Shown piece after piece: positions 1 to 12,509 of a stretch of 64,000 nucleotides of DNA. The notes below the pieces were generated by a model. It did no database searches. It was not told where the DNA came from and saw nothing but the letters and a program-made list of their open reading frames with translations. Positions within the stretch are counted from its first letter, which is position 1. Each line of letters opens with the position of its first letter. The stretch is taken from contig MU058781.1 of the NCBI GenBank assembly GCA_013265495.1, positions 62,001 through 126,000 on the forward strand, in the 5' to 3' direction. This DNA comes from Vicugna vicugna. Taxonomy: Eukaryota. A program made the translations under genes and the position numbers.

Positions 1-787
1 TTCAAAAGAGAAATTTAGCTAGAACATTTGGTAACCCTTGATTATACTTCTTGTGTTGTTAAGTGTTGAAATACATTTTATGTGCTTAAAAACAAAGGAG
101 CAACTCAAAGGGGAAAAAAAAAATCCCTAAACTAAAACAAGTACAAACATAAGGGTCTGTTCTCATCAAAAAAGAATCATGAACTAAGGCTGTGGATCCC
201 GTACGAGGCTGGCAATTCATTTTCAAATTGGCCGAATGGTGGAAACCAAATTCTTTGTTACATAGGTCAAGGCTGAAAGAAAGAAGTATGGAAAGATATT
301 ATCAGTTCACACATACTGTTGAACCATTCCACAGTTTAAGGGGTATCTCAGTCTTCTTATCTGACCCACACAATTCCTATTTTAGTACTTATTATCCGAC
401 AAGTAGCTTCTTAACTTAAGGCAAAATTCCTTTCACCATCCACACAGAGATTTCCTGCTTGGTATTTATGTTCTTACTTTGAGGAGTTTGTAATGATGAC
501 AATGGAAGCGAGAAGTCAAATTCAAGTTTAAAATATGTAACAGAAATATTCAATCACGATGTTCAAGTCATGATCTAGTTTATGCCAGCAAGTGAAGTGG
601 AGTGTTGCTCTAACATGAAGGATTGGAGTACATTCCTGAACTTGATGATCTTTAAATTTAGACTATTTCAAATAGACTTCATTATAACTAACCTTTTTGT
701 TTCTTATTACAGAAATTATACACGCTTGCTGTAGAAACAGGATGAGAGAGAGGAAAGTAAACAGTGCCCCTGGTCCCTTCCGTTTAT

Positions 788-1295
788 CATCCATTCAGTA
801 ACAGTTTATTGAGTGCCTGATATATGCTGTACCTATTTTGTGCCTTAATGGGGTTTGTGGTCTATTAGAGATAAGGGGTATTATGCAGATAGTCACAAAA
901 ATAATTATGTGATTACAGTGGACTTAAATGCTATGGAAACCGAGTCCAGGGTTCTCTGAGGATGGATAACAGGGTGACCTGTTCCAGACTAGGGGGTGGG
1001 GCAGAGTGCTGGGGCATGTGTTTCAGTCTGAGGTCTGCAGGAGAGCCAGGGGGAGGGAGAAAGAGTGGTGAATGGGAGAGAGGCATTCTAGATGGAAGGA
1101 ACTGCAGATGGCCTGGCTCTGAGTCTGGAAAGCCATCAGCATGTTCCTAGAACCAAGGTCCAATGACTGGAGGATGGTGAATGAAAATGAAGTGGCAGAC
1201 AGGAAGTTGGAACTGTAGGTAGGTAGGACCTGGATTACATGGGACCCTTTATATTGTATTAAGGAACTAAAACTATATTACAAGAACAACCAGAG
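788..1295 (-). mobile_element. L2 (LINE-2) 3' fragment, ancient
   Basis: Starts CATCCATTCAGTAACAGTTTATTGAGTGCCT, resembling the reverse complement of the L2 3' terminus, followed by purine-rich L2-like body (GGCATTCTAGATGGAAGGAACTGCAGATGGCCTGG). Recalled consensus. Confidence 0.65.
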
Positions 1296-1399
1296 ATAAA
1301 GAATACTAATATTTTTGAATCGACTTGGTCTCTCTTGCTCTTTCTCTTTCAGTGATTTTTAGAGGATCGGATATTATATGCTGCTTGGAGACATGCTTT

Positions 1400-1725
1400 T
1401 CTCACTTTATAATCTATCATTCTGTAGTTACTAAACGTTCTTCCATGTGTAGTTTTTTGTTGTTGCTAATTAGTTTCATTATATCAATTTTTCATAGTTT
1501 GCTTAGGGACACTCCCATATTGTACTTTGGCATTTGTTACTGTTTTTAGCTATCATTAACACTGATGTGATGGACACTGTGGCAGATAAATATCTGCACA
1601 CATTCATGACTGTTTCTTTAGGAAAAATTCTCAAACGGCACAACAGGCTTGCTCTATCAAAGGAGAAGAACATTTGCAAGCTTTTAATATGAATTGCCAA
1701 ACTGCCTTCCAGAAAGGCTGAAACA
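1400..1725 (-). mobile_element. Old L1M (L1ME-like) 3' fragment
   Basis: TATGAATTGCCAAACTGCCTTCCAGAAAGGCTGAAACAGTT and the preceding text resemble antisense L1M ORF2 end/3'UTR; highly diverged. Confidence 0.5.
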
Positions 1726-3055
1726 GTTATTTTCAGGGTAGTGTAAAAGACCATATGTGGTAACTACACGTTTTGAACGTAAGTTATAGAGATGACTGGA
1801 GGAAATTTTTAGTTTCTACGATACAGATTAGAGTAGTTATTTGCAAGACTAAAATTTACTTGAAGATTCACACTTGATAATTCAGTTTGAGCCATGTCAT
1901 GTGCCTGGAAGGCTATAAAATTCCTGTCTTCCTGTCTAATTGTTTTTAATTGAGAATGACATATCTCCCCTATGATATCATTGTGCAATGATCACTAAAA
2001 TATGTTGTCAGCTTTGAAATTTGTAGGTGATACGTAATTTCTGACATCGGTACAGGTAGTGGAAAAATTTAACTTAAATGCTAAAGATGTATATAGAGAG
2101 AAATGCTATTAACAATTTGAATTTGGGGCAAATTATTGAAATTCATAATTAACACTCTGAGGCTGTCTTAAAATACAAAAGCTAAGAGAAAATAAAGGCA
2201 AAAAGAGTCAAGAAAAAGTAGAAAAGTATCTTTTTACTCAATATTAAGTCTAACCTCAGATGCTCCAAGCCATTTTTAAGAATTGCTTGAAATTTTCAAC
2301 CCTAGGACTGATAGACTGTCACTGGGTTTCTCACTAATTCCAGCTCTGACTCTTGGCAAATACACCCAGGCTTTGACTTGCTGCTGGCTCTTTGGCTTCT
2401 GTCTACAGCTTTTGTTCTCTCTAGGTTTTGCTCATTGCTCTCCTTAATGATTTTGGCTTCCTTTGATGGTCTGGGTTTTCTTACTCTGTGCAACCTCAAA
2501 TGGGCAGACCTTCCTCACCCTCATGTCCCACTGTGGCTGTTTGGAAGGCATGGCCCTGGAAACCATTGCTGGGACAGCCCTGGCCATCTCTTCCTTGGTT
2601 GGGGCAAATATTTGAACAAATAAAATATATATTTTCTCAAATGGTTTGAATAATTGTTTAAATTTCCCAATAAACCATCAGATGTTTATGGTGATTTCCT
2701 TTTGTGCAATTGTGGCAAAAAAAATATTACTCAAAGATTCCCTTTCTATCTTCATGACACAATTGATAGTTATAATGAAGTGTAACTTTTAAGTAATGAA
2801 TTAATGTTTTACTTGAATTAATAAATTGGATACTGTATTTTATAATGTAATCACCCTGAAAGTTGGTATACTCATTGCAACGATGTAGCCATTTTTCATT
2901 CAGAATTTCTCTTTTTAGAGAATTGAGAGCAGGCACAGTCAATGTTGTAAAATGTGAGTAGATCTATTCCCTACTCTTGTGCCTTCTTTGTACAATCACA
3001 TGGACTTGTGTGCTGCTGACACACATAATTAAATACTAAAATTTTAAAAACTTAA

Positions 3056-3425
3056 TATCTACACTATACTGTAGTCTATTAAGTGTACAATAACATTTTG
3101 TCTTGAAAAGTACATACTTTAATTAAAAAATAATTTATTGCTAAAAAATTCTAACCATCATGGAAGCCTTCAATGAATTGTAATTTTTTTTGCTATAGTA
3201 GCATCAAAGATCCTTGATCACAGATCATTATCATAATAAATATAATAATGAAAAATTTTGAACTATTGTGAGAATTACCAAAATGTGACATGAAGTGAGC
3301 AACTACTGTTGGAAAAATGGCCAGTAGACTGGCTGGATGTCGGGTTGCCAGAAACCTTCAATTTGTGAAAACGCAGCATCTATGAATCACAGTCAAGCAA
3401 AGTGCAATAAAACGAGGTCTGCTTG
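3056..3425 (-). mobile_element. Tigger1 internally deleted derivative (Tigger1a-like MITE), TcMar-Tigger DNA transposon
   Basis: Right end GCAAAGTGCAATAAAACGAGGTCTGCTTG|TA is the reverse complement of the Tigger1 5' terminus with a TA target site. The left part (TACACTATACTGTAGTCTATTAAGTGT...TTATTGCTAAAAAA) matches the Tigger1 3' subterminal region and joins it directly near 3195 with no transposase. The left TIR is missing. Confidence 0.85.
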
Positions 3426-3825
3426 TATCTGGTTGTTCCAATTAAACGATAACCTCTTTGAAGACGAAAACTGACTTTCTAGTCCCCTGCCCCTAGAGTC
3501 AAGGACAGTGTTTTCCCACATAGTAGGACTTATTTGTGACATTCATGTTGGTGGTGATGAACATTCCCAGATGACTACACTCTTTAGAAAAAGTAAACTA
3601 GAAAGGTAAAGAAAATCTAGGACAGCACTCTTCTTGTTTCTTTCCTTTAACGATCATGTGCCTCAGTGGTATGGTACTAGGAAAAATATAAAAGGAAGGG
3701 CTGAAGGGGGATATCAGCGTTTCATATTCTGGATACTCAATCTGTAGGTGTTTCCTGGGGGAAGGTCGTGCTATTCAGCAGTTGCCGTTCGTCTTGATGT
3801 CTTCAGTAGCATTTTGGAAGTTAAT

Positions 3826-4030
3826 AACAAAAAGTACCACTTACCCAGTGGTTCCTAGGTACCAGGCATGATGCCAAGTGTTCTGCGGGAGTTACTGCAT
3901 CTAACTCCATGCTATGCCTGTGAGTCAGACATTATTGTGTCCATTTTGCTGAGGAGGGACTGGAAGCTTTCAGACCAATAGCACAGAGGAAGTAGATGGT
4001 AAGGCCAAGATTTTAATTCAGTTTGGAGCT
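3826..4030 (-). mobile_element. MIR SINE
   Basis: Degenerate MIR core (ATTATTGTGTCCATTTTGCTGAGGAGGGACTGGAAGCT). Confidence 0.6.
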
Positions 4031-4625
4031 GGATTAAACATTTTTCTCTCTCTTTTCCAAATTTCTGATATCAAGAAGATTCCTTAATGGTCCAAATTAG
4101 AAATCAAGAACTTCTGAAAAGCTGGGACAGAAGTGTAATGGACACGATTAGGAGGCATGTTTCCTTTTTTGGAGGTGGGGCGTGTTATTCTTTGATTGCA
4201 CAGGTGACAAGAGGTAGATGAAAGAGGTTGTCCTTAAAACAATGGAAGCACTTGTTCTGGCCAGGTGGAATATTGAAAGGTGACACCCCTATATAGGTAG
4301 ACATGACATTTGCTGGTGTATTGACTTGTTTCTTCCAAAAATAAATAGTTCTTATTTCCCTGCTACTAGCACTAGATTATTGATTTCCATGGAAAATATG
4401 GGAAAACCCTGGAAGTAGAATGCAGAAGATTAGAAATGGAACCATCTGAAAGGATGAAGCATTTCAGAAGGCTGATGAAAAAAGATTTTCATTATCCTCT
4501 TCTGATTCTGTCACCATGAAATTTTTCCCCCCTATAAAGGAATCTATCTTCCCAAGTAGGAAAAAAATGATTTTTAAAAAGATAAGCCTGAAAAAATTAA
4601 TTTAAACTTAGCCATATTAGGGTAG

Positions 4626-4746
4626 CATTAAGGCACTCCCGGGTACATTTTATTGGTCCATTAATACAGGCCCCGAGTGGTTGAATACACCTAAGGCATG
4701 TACTGTATTAATGAACCAATAAAACATGCCCTGGAGTGCCTTAATG
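4626..4746. repeat. Long imperfect inverted repeat (44-bp arms, 33-nt spacer); possible ancient palindromic element
   Basis: Arm 4626-4669 matches the reverse complement of 4703-4746 at 39/44 positions with no gaps. Confidence 0.9.
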
Positions 4747-5396
4747 ATATATTACAACCATTTCTATTACATACATAAATGCACTATTCGCTGGCTGTCT
4801 TGCATAGTTTTAAAGAAAATCTTCAATTAACCAAAAATATTGCATCAAGAACTCTTACCCACAATAAAAAAAGAGCAACAAAGAATCCTGTAATTAACTT
4901 AGTGGGCTAGTTACTCATGAGGTGATTCTGGATTGATTTAATCTTTGGAGCTTTTTTGACTCTAATACTTTGGAAGCACTAGTTCTTTGGATTTAAAATT
5001 GGATGCTTTCAGGAAAAGAAACAGATGAAAGCTGACAGAATTCATACTGATCTCCTTTCTTATTTAAAATATGCAACCTCGCTTGTGGTTATGAAATTAA
5101 ACAAGTAATAATGGCTGGATCCAAATATTAGCCCCATGTGTCCACATTAAAAGAATATCTTCTAGGCATTTGGGGAGAATTTTTGCAGAGCAATAAGGAA
5201 TGCTGCACACTCATAGGCAAACATGACAAGGTTGAGAACAACATGTGAGATTTTATAAAAATGTCTTCTGCTGACCAGCATGGTGTTCCATTCTTATTTA
5301 ACTCTGTTAGCCTTGCTTTCTTTTACCTGGAGACAACTGTATCAACACATTTCTATAGAAGAAGATGAAGGAGGGAGTGGAGAGGAGAAGGAGCTA

Positions 5397-5620
5397 TAAT
5401 AATGACGGTGATGGCTATCGTTTATTTAGCGACTATTATACATAAGACAGTGTTCCAACTGTTTTTACGTCTATTGTCTCCATTAATCTTTGCAACAACC
5501 CTTTGAGGAAGACACTGTTTGACTGTTTGTAGAGATGAGGCATCCAAGGTAAAAATAAAAACTTTTCTGAGTGGTGGGGCTTGGGTGTGACCCAGACCAT
5601 TTGAATCCAGAGCCCATACT
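5397..5620 (-). mobile_element. MIR SINE
   Basis: TTATTTAGCGACTATTA...TTAATCTTTGCAACAACCCTTTGAGG...ATTTGAATCCAGAG layout typical of antisense MIR. Confidence 0.6.
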
Positions 5621-7189
5621 CAAATGGGTAAAGCTTGGTGTGGCCACTAGGAGCAAGACATAGAGAAACATTAAGTTAACTCTCTCTTTAGATTGCAAGA
5701 ACCGTTAGGGTAGACTTTTTTTAAGACTGCATATGCCAACATATTACATTCTGTATAATATTCTTCCCCTCTACTCCCTCTTAAGAGGGGCACATTGGTA
5801 GAGAAGAGCTAGCTGATGGACCTGAAGAAGCCTGTTAGCAGAGACTTTGAGGATATAAAGTGACTTGCATGGAGCAGTGATTGAAGACCCAGTGGGAATG
5901 AGCATATAGCAATATGGTTAGGTACCACCAACCAGAAACGAGATAAAATGTCAATGTCTTATCATCTGATCATGGTAAGAGAAGATGATGATTGAGAGCC
6001 AGACATCCACCCATCTCTGCTGATGCCATGGCACTGAGGAGACCTCCTGAAACTAAGATGCCATCTTTGGGATAATGAGTGAATAGAGGAAACCTTCAGT
6101 CTAATCATAGACTAAAAAGATAATGCACTGACCTATTAACCCTGAGTTTGACCACTGGACTGAATGGGAGCTTAAGATGGAAATTGTTAAAGAAAAGATA
6201 AAGTAACTTTTTTTAGGACTCATTTGTTTGAGGCCTGATACTTACATCCTGGGTTGTTTTATTCATAGACATTTTAATAGCTTCAGGTTTGCATCCTAAG
6301 GGAACCTGGTCCTAAAACGTTTAAAAAGGTTGCTGAACTGACTTCAGTTGTTGTTTTAGAGTCATAGGTTAGGTGACAAATCACCATAAAACTGGCCTTT
6401 TTGAGGAATTGCTTTTGAGCTTAATTTCTTCTTGAAAAAGATCCATAGAGTACTAGGAATTTCATGATTTTGTAAGCTTCTTCGGAGCCAGTTTCTCCAG
6501 CTGGATTTTATAATCCTGGAGAGTAGTTGCTTAAGGGCCTTCCCTGTCTCCATTTGACTTTTACCCATAGTTTATATTTACCTTGCACATTTTGTACTCA
6601 AATGATATAATACTATTGGCTTCATTTTCTAAAGGGCTTGATCTGCGTGTTGAAAGATATACTGCACTATTATTCACTCAACCATTAGTATGCAGGGAAG
6701 TTAATAAAAATAAGCCCTACTGCATTAAAAACTATTCTGAAAAATCTACCAAACCAATTATACAATAATATTTTTAAAAATACCACATATACTATCTATA
6801 AACAATTGACCTCTCTTTATTGAAAGTGGTTCCTAAAGGTTATTTTTTAAAGGCTGTTAGGTTGGTGTTATTTATAATGAAGTGGTAACTTAATATCAGA
6901 CAATAAATCTATAATCCAGTTTCAGTAGGTAGATAACTGTACCATGCAAGGCCACTGAGTTTACTGAGTGACTCATTAGTTGGCTTATGTTCAATGGAGG
7001 AACCAGGACATCAGCTCATATGCAAAGCTGACCAGATGAGTCATCCCATTGTGGTCACCATCACCTATTAGCATGTGGGAGATATGGTAATGGCTGGACA
7101 TTTGTAGTGAGTAATTTTGTGAATATATAATCTAATTGTTCTTAAAAAAATTAATGCTGGTTTTACTGACGGAGGCATCTTTGGTGACT

Positions 7190-7420
7190 CTAATAACAGC
7201 AGCCCAAGTGTATATGATGCTTTAAAAATTTCTGAAGTGCTTTTACAGGCAGTATTATTTTGTTGGACACTTTCTATAACCCAATAACATAGACGTGGAC
7301 CATATCATCCTCATTTTCAGATGAGGAAATTGTCACTCAGAGTATAAGTGATTCACTTGAGGTAATTTATCTGCTAAGTGGCAAAGTGGATTCGAACCAG
7401 TTCTTCTAATGAGTAGTCGA
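7190..7420 (-). mobile_element. MIR SINE
   Basis: MIR core CCTCATTTTCAGATGAGGAAATTG...CTAAGTGGCAAAGTGGATTCGAACCAG. Confidence 0.7.
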
Positions 7421-7844
7421 GAGTCCTTGTCATTCTCTTCCCCACACCAAGACGTGGATATCAACAGGTCAAAGCAGTGGGTCCAGAGTCCAAGGTGATG
7501 GGGTGACCGTGAATGCTGAGACGAAAACAGAGGAAACGAAAAGGTGTTTAAATAATGAACCACATCCATGTTTTGGCCATAGATATTTGCTTTTAACTTT
7601 GTAAAACACCAGGGGATAAACTGGAAATCCTTCTTTGTGGATGAATTTTGTAGAGCAGAGATTCAACTGAATCTACAAACATAATGGAGCAATATCAGGT
7701 GGGATTTTTAACCTCCAATTTATTTAAGGAAATGTAGGTGTCCTGGAACTCACTCAGAAAATTTCAACCCTACCCTAATGACGTAAAATATTTAATAGTG
7801 GAATGTCGGTGATAATTGACAGTAACAAAAGTAGGAGGCAGTCA

Positions 7845-8000
7845 TGGGACAGAGGCAGAAGCACTGGACATAGTGCCAAAAGGCCTGTGTTCAACACAAA
7901 ATTCTGCTGCCTGGCTTGGTTTAACTTATTTATGGCTTAATTTCCTCAATTAAAAAATGAGACCAACCATTCCTATGTCATATAGGTGTTATGAGAATTA
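7845..8000 (+). mobile_element. MIR SINE fragment
   Basis: AGAAGCACTGGAC...TTTCCTCAATTAAAAAATGAG...GTTATGAGAATTAA matches sense MIR layout. Confidence 0.55.
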
Positions 8001-9090
8001 ACCTATATATATATCAGGAATTTTGTCACCATTGGGTAGATTTTAGCATGTCAGTGAACCCTCCAAAATTGTACAGGCCCATGTACGTAACTCCAGGAAG
8101 AGTGTTTATTATTGTCATCAGGTTCTCAAAGGACTGTTAAATAGCTAAGACTCTATTTGAAAAGCATTTTAAATTATGAGCACTGTAGAAATATTAGGAT
8201 TCCAGGATAAGAAAACAATGCTCAGGAAGGAAAAACGAAACAGTAATTTTCGGTGGGAGAAAATGTCTGTCTGTCTCTAACAGACTTGGACTGGCATTCT
8301 GTATGATGACTTGGTTAGTCAAATTATACAAAATGTAAATTGCCTATAATGACAAATTGCTTTCATTTGTAGTAATTTTAAATACAAGCTTATTAAATGG
8401 TGCTTCTTAACATATTCCATAGGTGGTAATCTAGAATTTACTAGTTTCTCCCTCTTCTTTAAATTTTGATGTATATATTTGAGATCCTTTCACAATTTTC
8501 CATAGATGATGTCACTGAACACTTAAGTGTGGGGTTAAACAAGTTTTCCCTGGTTCTGAGTAGGTAAGTAATGTGTTCACCTCTTACCTTGAGTGAATAA
8601 GTTGCATTATTAACACACTAGAGGCAGAAAGCCCTCATCTCCTACCATGGTCCAGTATTTGGGATTACTGATCAATTCTCAACAAATGTTATTTTTATGG
8701 AGATGTCCTTTCCACACATTAAACAGAAATAAACTCAACCTTGGGTAGAGCAGAGGAAATAACATGAAGAAGAAATAATATCAAAGATCTTGCTTTAGAA
8801 AAAACTTTCCTAAAGTGCTAAAGAGCCTGTGTTGCATTTTGAAAATAGGCTGGAGCAAAGATTTATAATTTGGATGTACCATTGCTTTCGCATACAAAAA
8901 GGCATTATTGTCTAGGGAAGGAGTTTTATTGTGTAAATATTGTTGAGATGATAATGGAATTTCGATCTCCCAGCCTCTTCCTTGATTTTGGCAAGGCTGG
9001 ATGTGAGGGAAACTGCAGAGGTTCAGGAAGAATGCTGTGTTAACAATGCGATGTTTTATTGATAGAAAAACTAAACCAGACAGTATGGTG

Positions 9091-9513
9091 TGTCAGTCAG
9101 TGTCCCAGCAGGAAACAGATGGCTCGTTCCAGTAGGCTAAATCAAGGGATATTGAAAAAAGAGACTTATTACAAAGATGTAGGTGGGATATGGGGGGACA
9201 GTCAAAGAGAGGTGCCCAAAGACTAGCAATTCAAGGCCCGTTTTCAACCCTAGGCCTGCAGGGGTGAATTAGCTGGAAGGAGAAAGAGTCCTATGGAGGG
9301 GCCACCTATTCACCTTCATGGGGGAAAGTGGCAACTGAAAGTGACCCCAACAGGAGGGAGTTAGGGGATTAGAAATGGTCTGTCCCCCTGCCCCTCTCTC
9401 CCTCTGATCTTCTGCCAGGTCTCTCTGATGGTTGAAGCAGAGGGCAGGAGAGCTAGTTGAGGTTCTCTCGAGGAGGCTGGAGGTGTGTCTGGAGGGGCGA
9501 ATGGAAGACATCT
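9091..9513 (-). mobile_element. ERVL LTR (LTR33-like)
   Basis: TGTCAGTCAGTGTCCCAGCAGGAAACAGATGGC...TTATTACAAAGATGT resembles the reverse complement of the LTR33 3' end (recalled consensus). Confidence 0.6.
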
Positions 9514-9869
9514 GTTAGAGTTATGCTGTTGGGACAAAAAAACTCCCTGAATTTGGTGGCTTGAAGTCCCACAGGCTTCTTACTCAGGCTAAGTGTTCAA
9601 CATTTTCTCTACTCACTATGGGACTTTGTCAGGAGAAGAACACATCGTTAGAAGTAGCTACGTTTAAAATAGCTGAAACTACTTTCCCATCAGGATTCCT
9701 GGTGGTATTTGAGAAATACTGTTGGTTAACCTATGTAGGATTTATTCCCGGCAGTCTTTGCCTTTAAGGATTCAGATAAAAGAGTCGTTTCTCACTATCA
9801 AAATACTAGCAAACAAGTGTCATGCTTTCTATCCAGAATAGACTCAATGTCCAGCTTCAACTCGTGACA

Positions 9870-10318
9870 AAACAACTTTTTCCTTAGTGCAGATGAGGTT
9901 ATCATCACCTTGGTCCTTCCCAGTTCTGTATAATCTAGTTTGACTCCCAGCTGCTGGGAACTGTTCCCCTTCGCCCGAGGGCTTTCTCTGGCCAATGGAG
10001 CCTGCTTTGCCTGGACGGGCAACAACCTAAGAGCTGGGAAGTACCACCTTCAAGGAGCAGTCCTCAATCATAGACACAGAGGAATCTCCTCATCCATGGA
10101 TGGGATGGCAGAAAGGTTGTGTGTTCTAGAGGACGTCTTACCGTTTCCTGGGGCCATGGAAGTACAGTCACCTGAGGGGCAACTTGCCTGACTCCCTCCC
10201 TTCTCTGTCCCACTTCCCCATTCTCTTATTGTGTTTCCTGGGATCACCTTACAAATAAACTATGAGGACTCAAATCTTTATCTCAGGGTCCACTGCTGGG
10301 GGAAGCCAAACTAAGACA
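9870..10318 (+). mobile_element. ERVL LTR (LTR16-like)
   Basis: 3' end CCTGGGATCACCTTACAAATAAACTA...TCTCAGGGTCCACTGCTGGGGGAAGCCAAACTAAGACA with poly(A) signal and terminal CA, typical of the LTR16 family. 5' boundary approximate. Confidence 0.7.
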
Positions 10319-10789
10319 GTGGGTTATTTCATTAGCTATAGGCCTCCTTTTTCTTATACTATAATGTGGGGCCTGGAAATAAAGATAATTTAGAGGTAGT
10401 AGGTAAGGAAGTGGGTAAAGAGGATACAGGCAGAGAGTTGAGAAAGATGGCCTAAAGTAGTATAATGAAGACTTTGATTATAAAGCCTTACACTAAGGAT
10501 GATGTAAAAATACTGTAGAATTTTAAGAGTTAGAAATTCATAACATTAGACATCATTTGGACAAAGCATTTTTCAAAAAGTAAAATTGTTGAATGCCTGT
10601 TGGAAAATAAGCTAAATATAAAATATATTTTAGAGTCATCTATAATAGGTATGCTTGTAAAAGATGTCATGCTTTATTTTAATCTTTTAATATGCAGAGA
10701 TTGCCAGTTATTTATTTGACAGCTGAATTAGTTACAAGTTATCTGTCTCCCCTACTCTAGCTAACACGCATGGTGAAATGGGGACAGGG

Positions 10790-11275
10790 TAGCTGTAAGA
10801 TAATGCTAATTACAGTGTCAGATAAACCTTGAAATCTAAATGGCCTAATCCAGGATGTTTGTTTCTCACTTATGTAAAACCCAGTAGTCAGAAGAAGCTG
10901 AGGGCTCTGTTTTATAAATTCTTCAGGCAGCCTAAACTAGCAAAGCTCTGTTGTTTTCAATATACAATTTTCAAAGCACTGAGATCTAGCTAGCAGATGG
11001 AGAAAAGAGAATGGAGTCTTGTTTATGAGAGTTTTTTGTTTTTATTATCTGTATTCATACTAACACTCAAAAGCAAACAAGGTTTTGTTTCATCTGCTTC
11101 GAGAGCATTTTCTTTCTTCTTAGAGCATACTTCATGAGAGGTTTTTAGAGCCCAACTTAGAAGGAGTACAGATCATTTGTACTACATTGTATTGGCTTGA
11201 AATTAGTCACTTGACCACATCCAACCGTAAGGTAGCTATGAACCGAGGAAGACAACAGGTGGATTTTGATGAACT
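10790..11275 (-). mobile_element. MaLR LTR (MLT1J/K-like), interrupted by a 93-bp insertion
   Basis: GATAATGCTAATTACAGTGTCAGATAAACCTTGAAATCT...TTTGTTTCTCACTTATGT and ATTGGCTTGAAATTAGTCACTTGACCACATCCAAC motifs of old MLT1 elements. Confidence 0.6.
11038..11130 (-). mobile_element. Short retroposed insertion of unidentified origin flanked by target-site duplications
   Basis: Direct repeats TTTATGAGAGTTTTTT (11022-11037) and TTCATGAGAGGTTTTT (11131-11146), 14/16 identical. On the minus strand the insert ends ...GATAATAAAAAC and runs into an A tract. Confidence 0.65.
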
Positions 11276-11474
11276 CATAGCATTATAGAATTATTTGCTA
11301 CAATGGCTGACTTACTGTTATTTTTGAGTTGTGTTTCACATTTGAGTGCTGTATTATTTATACATGAGGGCTGTGAAGATCATATTCCATAAAAAACTAT
11401 GATTTTCTAATTTCCCACACTATAATATTTAATCTTCAATAAAGTGAATGATTTTAATTCTATCTATGCTACCA

Positions 11475-11615
11475 TAGAACAAAACATGGACCTGGAAATC
11501 AGAAGACTGAGCTAGTATTTGAAGCCTCGCACTGTCTAGTTGTGTTATCTTGGGCAAATTATTTGTCTTCTTTAAATCTTATTTTCTTGTTTATACATTG
11601 AAAGAATTGCACAAA
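11475..11615 (+). mobile_element. MIR SINE fragment
   Basis: GGAAATCAGAAGACTGAGC...TAGTTGTGTTATCTTGGGCAAATTATTT MIR core. Confidence 0.6.
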
Positions 11616-11949
11616 GTGAGTGGTTCTCAACATTTTCCATGCCAAAACTTCATTATCTTTCCCCTTCCCCTGTCAATACTTGCACTGTAATGGTTATTTT
11701 TTACAATGTAAGTAACAGTTTATTTAATTGCAATTTTAATTATTCAAAGACATTGATAACTGCCAATACAGATCTTCAGAACAGCATGATTTGCCGTTGT
11801 TATCACAATGACAGACATGGTGACTATTAGGATAGATGATGAGAAGGGAATTATTTAATCAAAAAATATTACCTTTTAAGGCTCTTGTTTCATATAGACA
11901 TTATTTTCTAGAAATTGTAAGACATTTCAAGTTAAATAATGTACATCAT

Positions 11950-12505
11950 ATCGTATATGGTTATTGTAATTAATCTTTTCTAATTTGATAGGAAATTCCA
12001 GTATCTTATTTTCTATTAAAATGGCTATTCTATCAGTTTCTAGGTACATGTAGTAACATTTCAATGTGTAGATTCGAGTTTCTTATTATAAGAAAATTTT
12101 CTTGGATTATAGTTTTCAGCATTTGTGCATTCTATTGTTTTGATTTTCTTTATCAGGGATTCCAATTATACTTATGTTATGTCTGCTTTGTCTTTCTATG
12201 TTTCTATCTCAAATTATTTTTAATATGTTTATTTCTTTTTATTTTAAATTCCTTTTTTCTTTTATCTGTTTTCTGTTTTCTTAACATTACTTCCTGTGTT
12301 GTCTATTTACTCTTATGTTACTTTCAATCAAGTCTTCATTTCTGAGCTTATTTCTAATTCTTTTATGTGCTCTTTCTGCTCACATTCTCATCTTCCTGTT
12401 ATTTGGCTATCACTTTTCTGAGTTTTATTGATTGTAATTAATTTTGTTCTTTCATAACTTTTGCCTTTTAATTAATTCCCTTTTATTTGCTTTGCAAAAC
12501 TAGGT
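11950..12505 (-). mobile_element. Old L1M fragment
   Basis: Strongly T-rich tract with the texture of antisense L1; subfamily not assignable by eye. Confidence 0.45.
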
Positions 12506-12509
12506 TACA

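Noticed and set aside
266..342. Possible exon after TTCTTTGTTACATAG (SRLKERSMERYYQFTHTVEPFHSLR)
   Set aside because: Donor (GG|GTATCT) is weak and the peptide is not recognisable.
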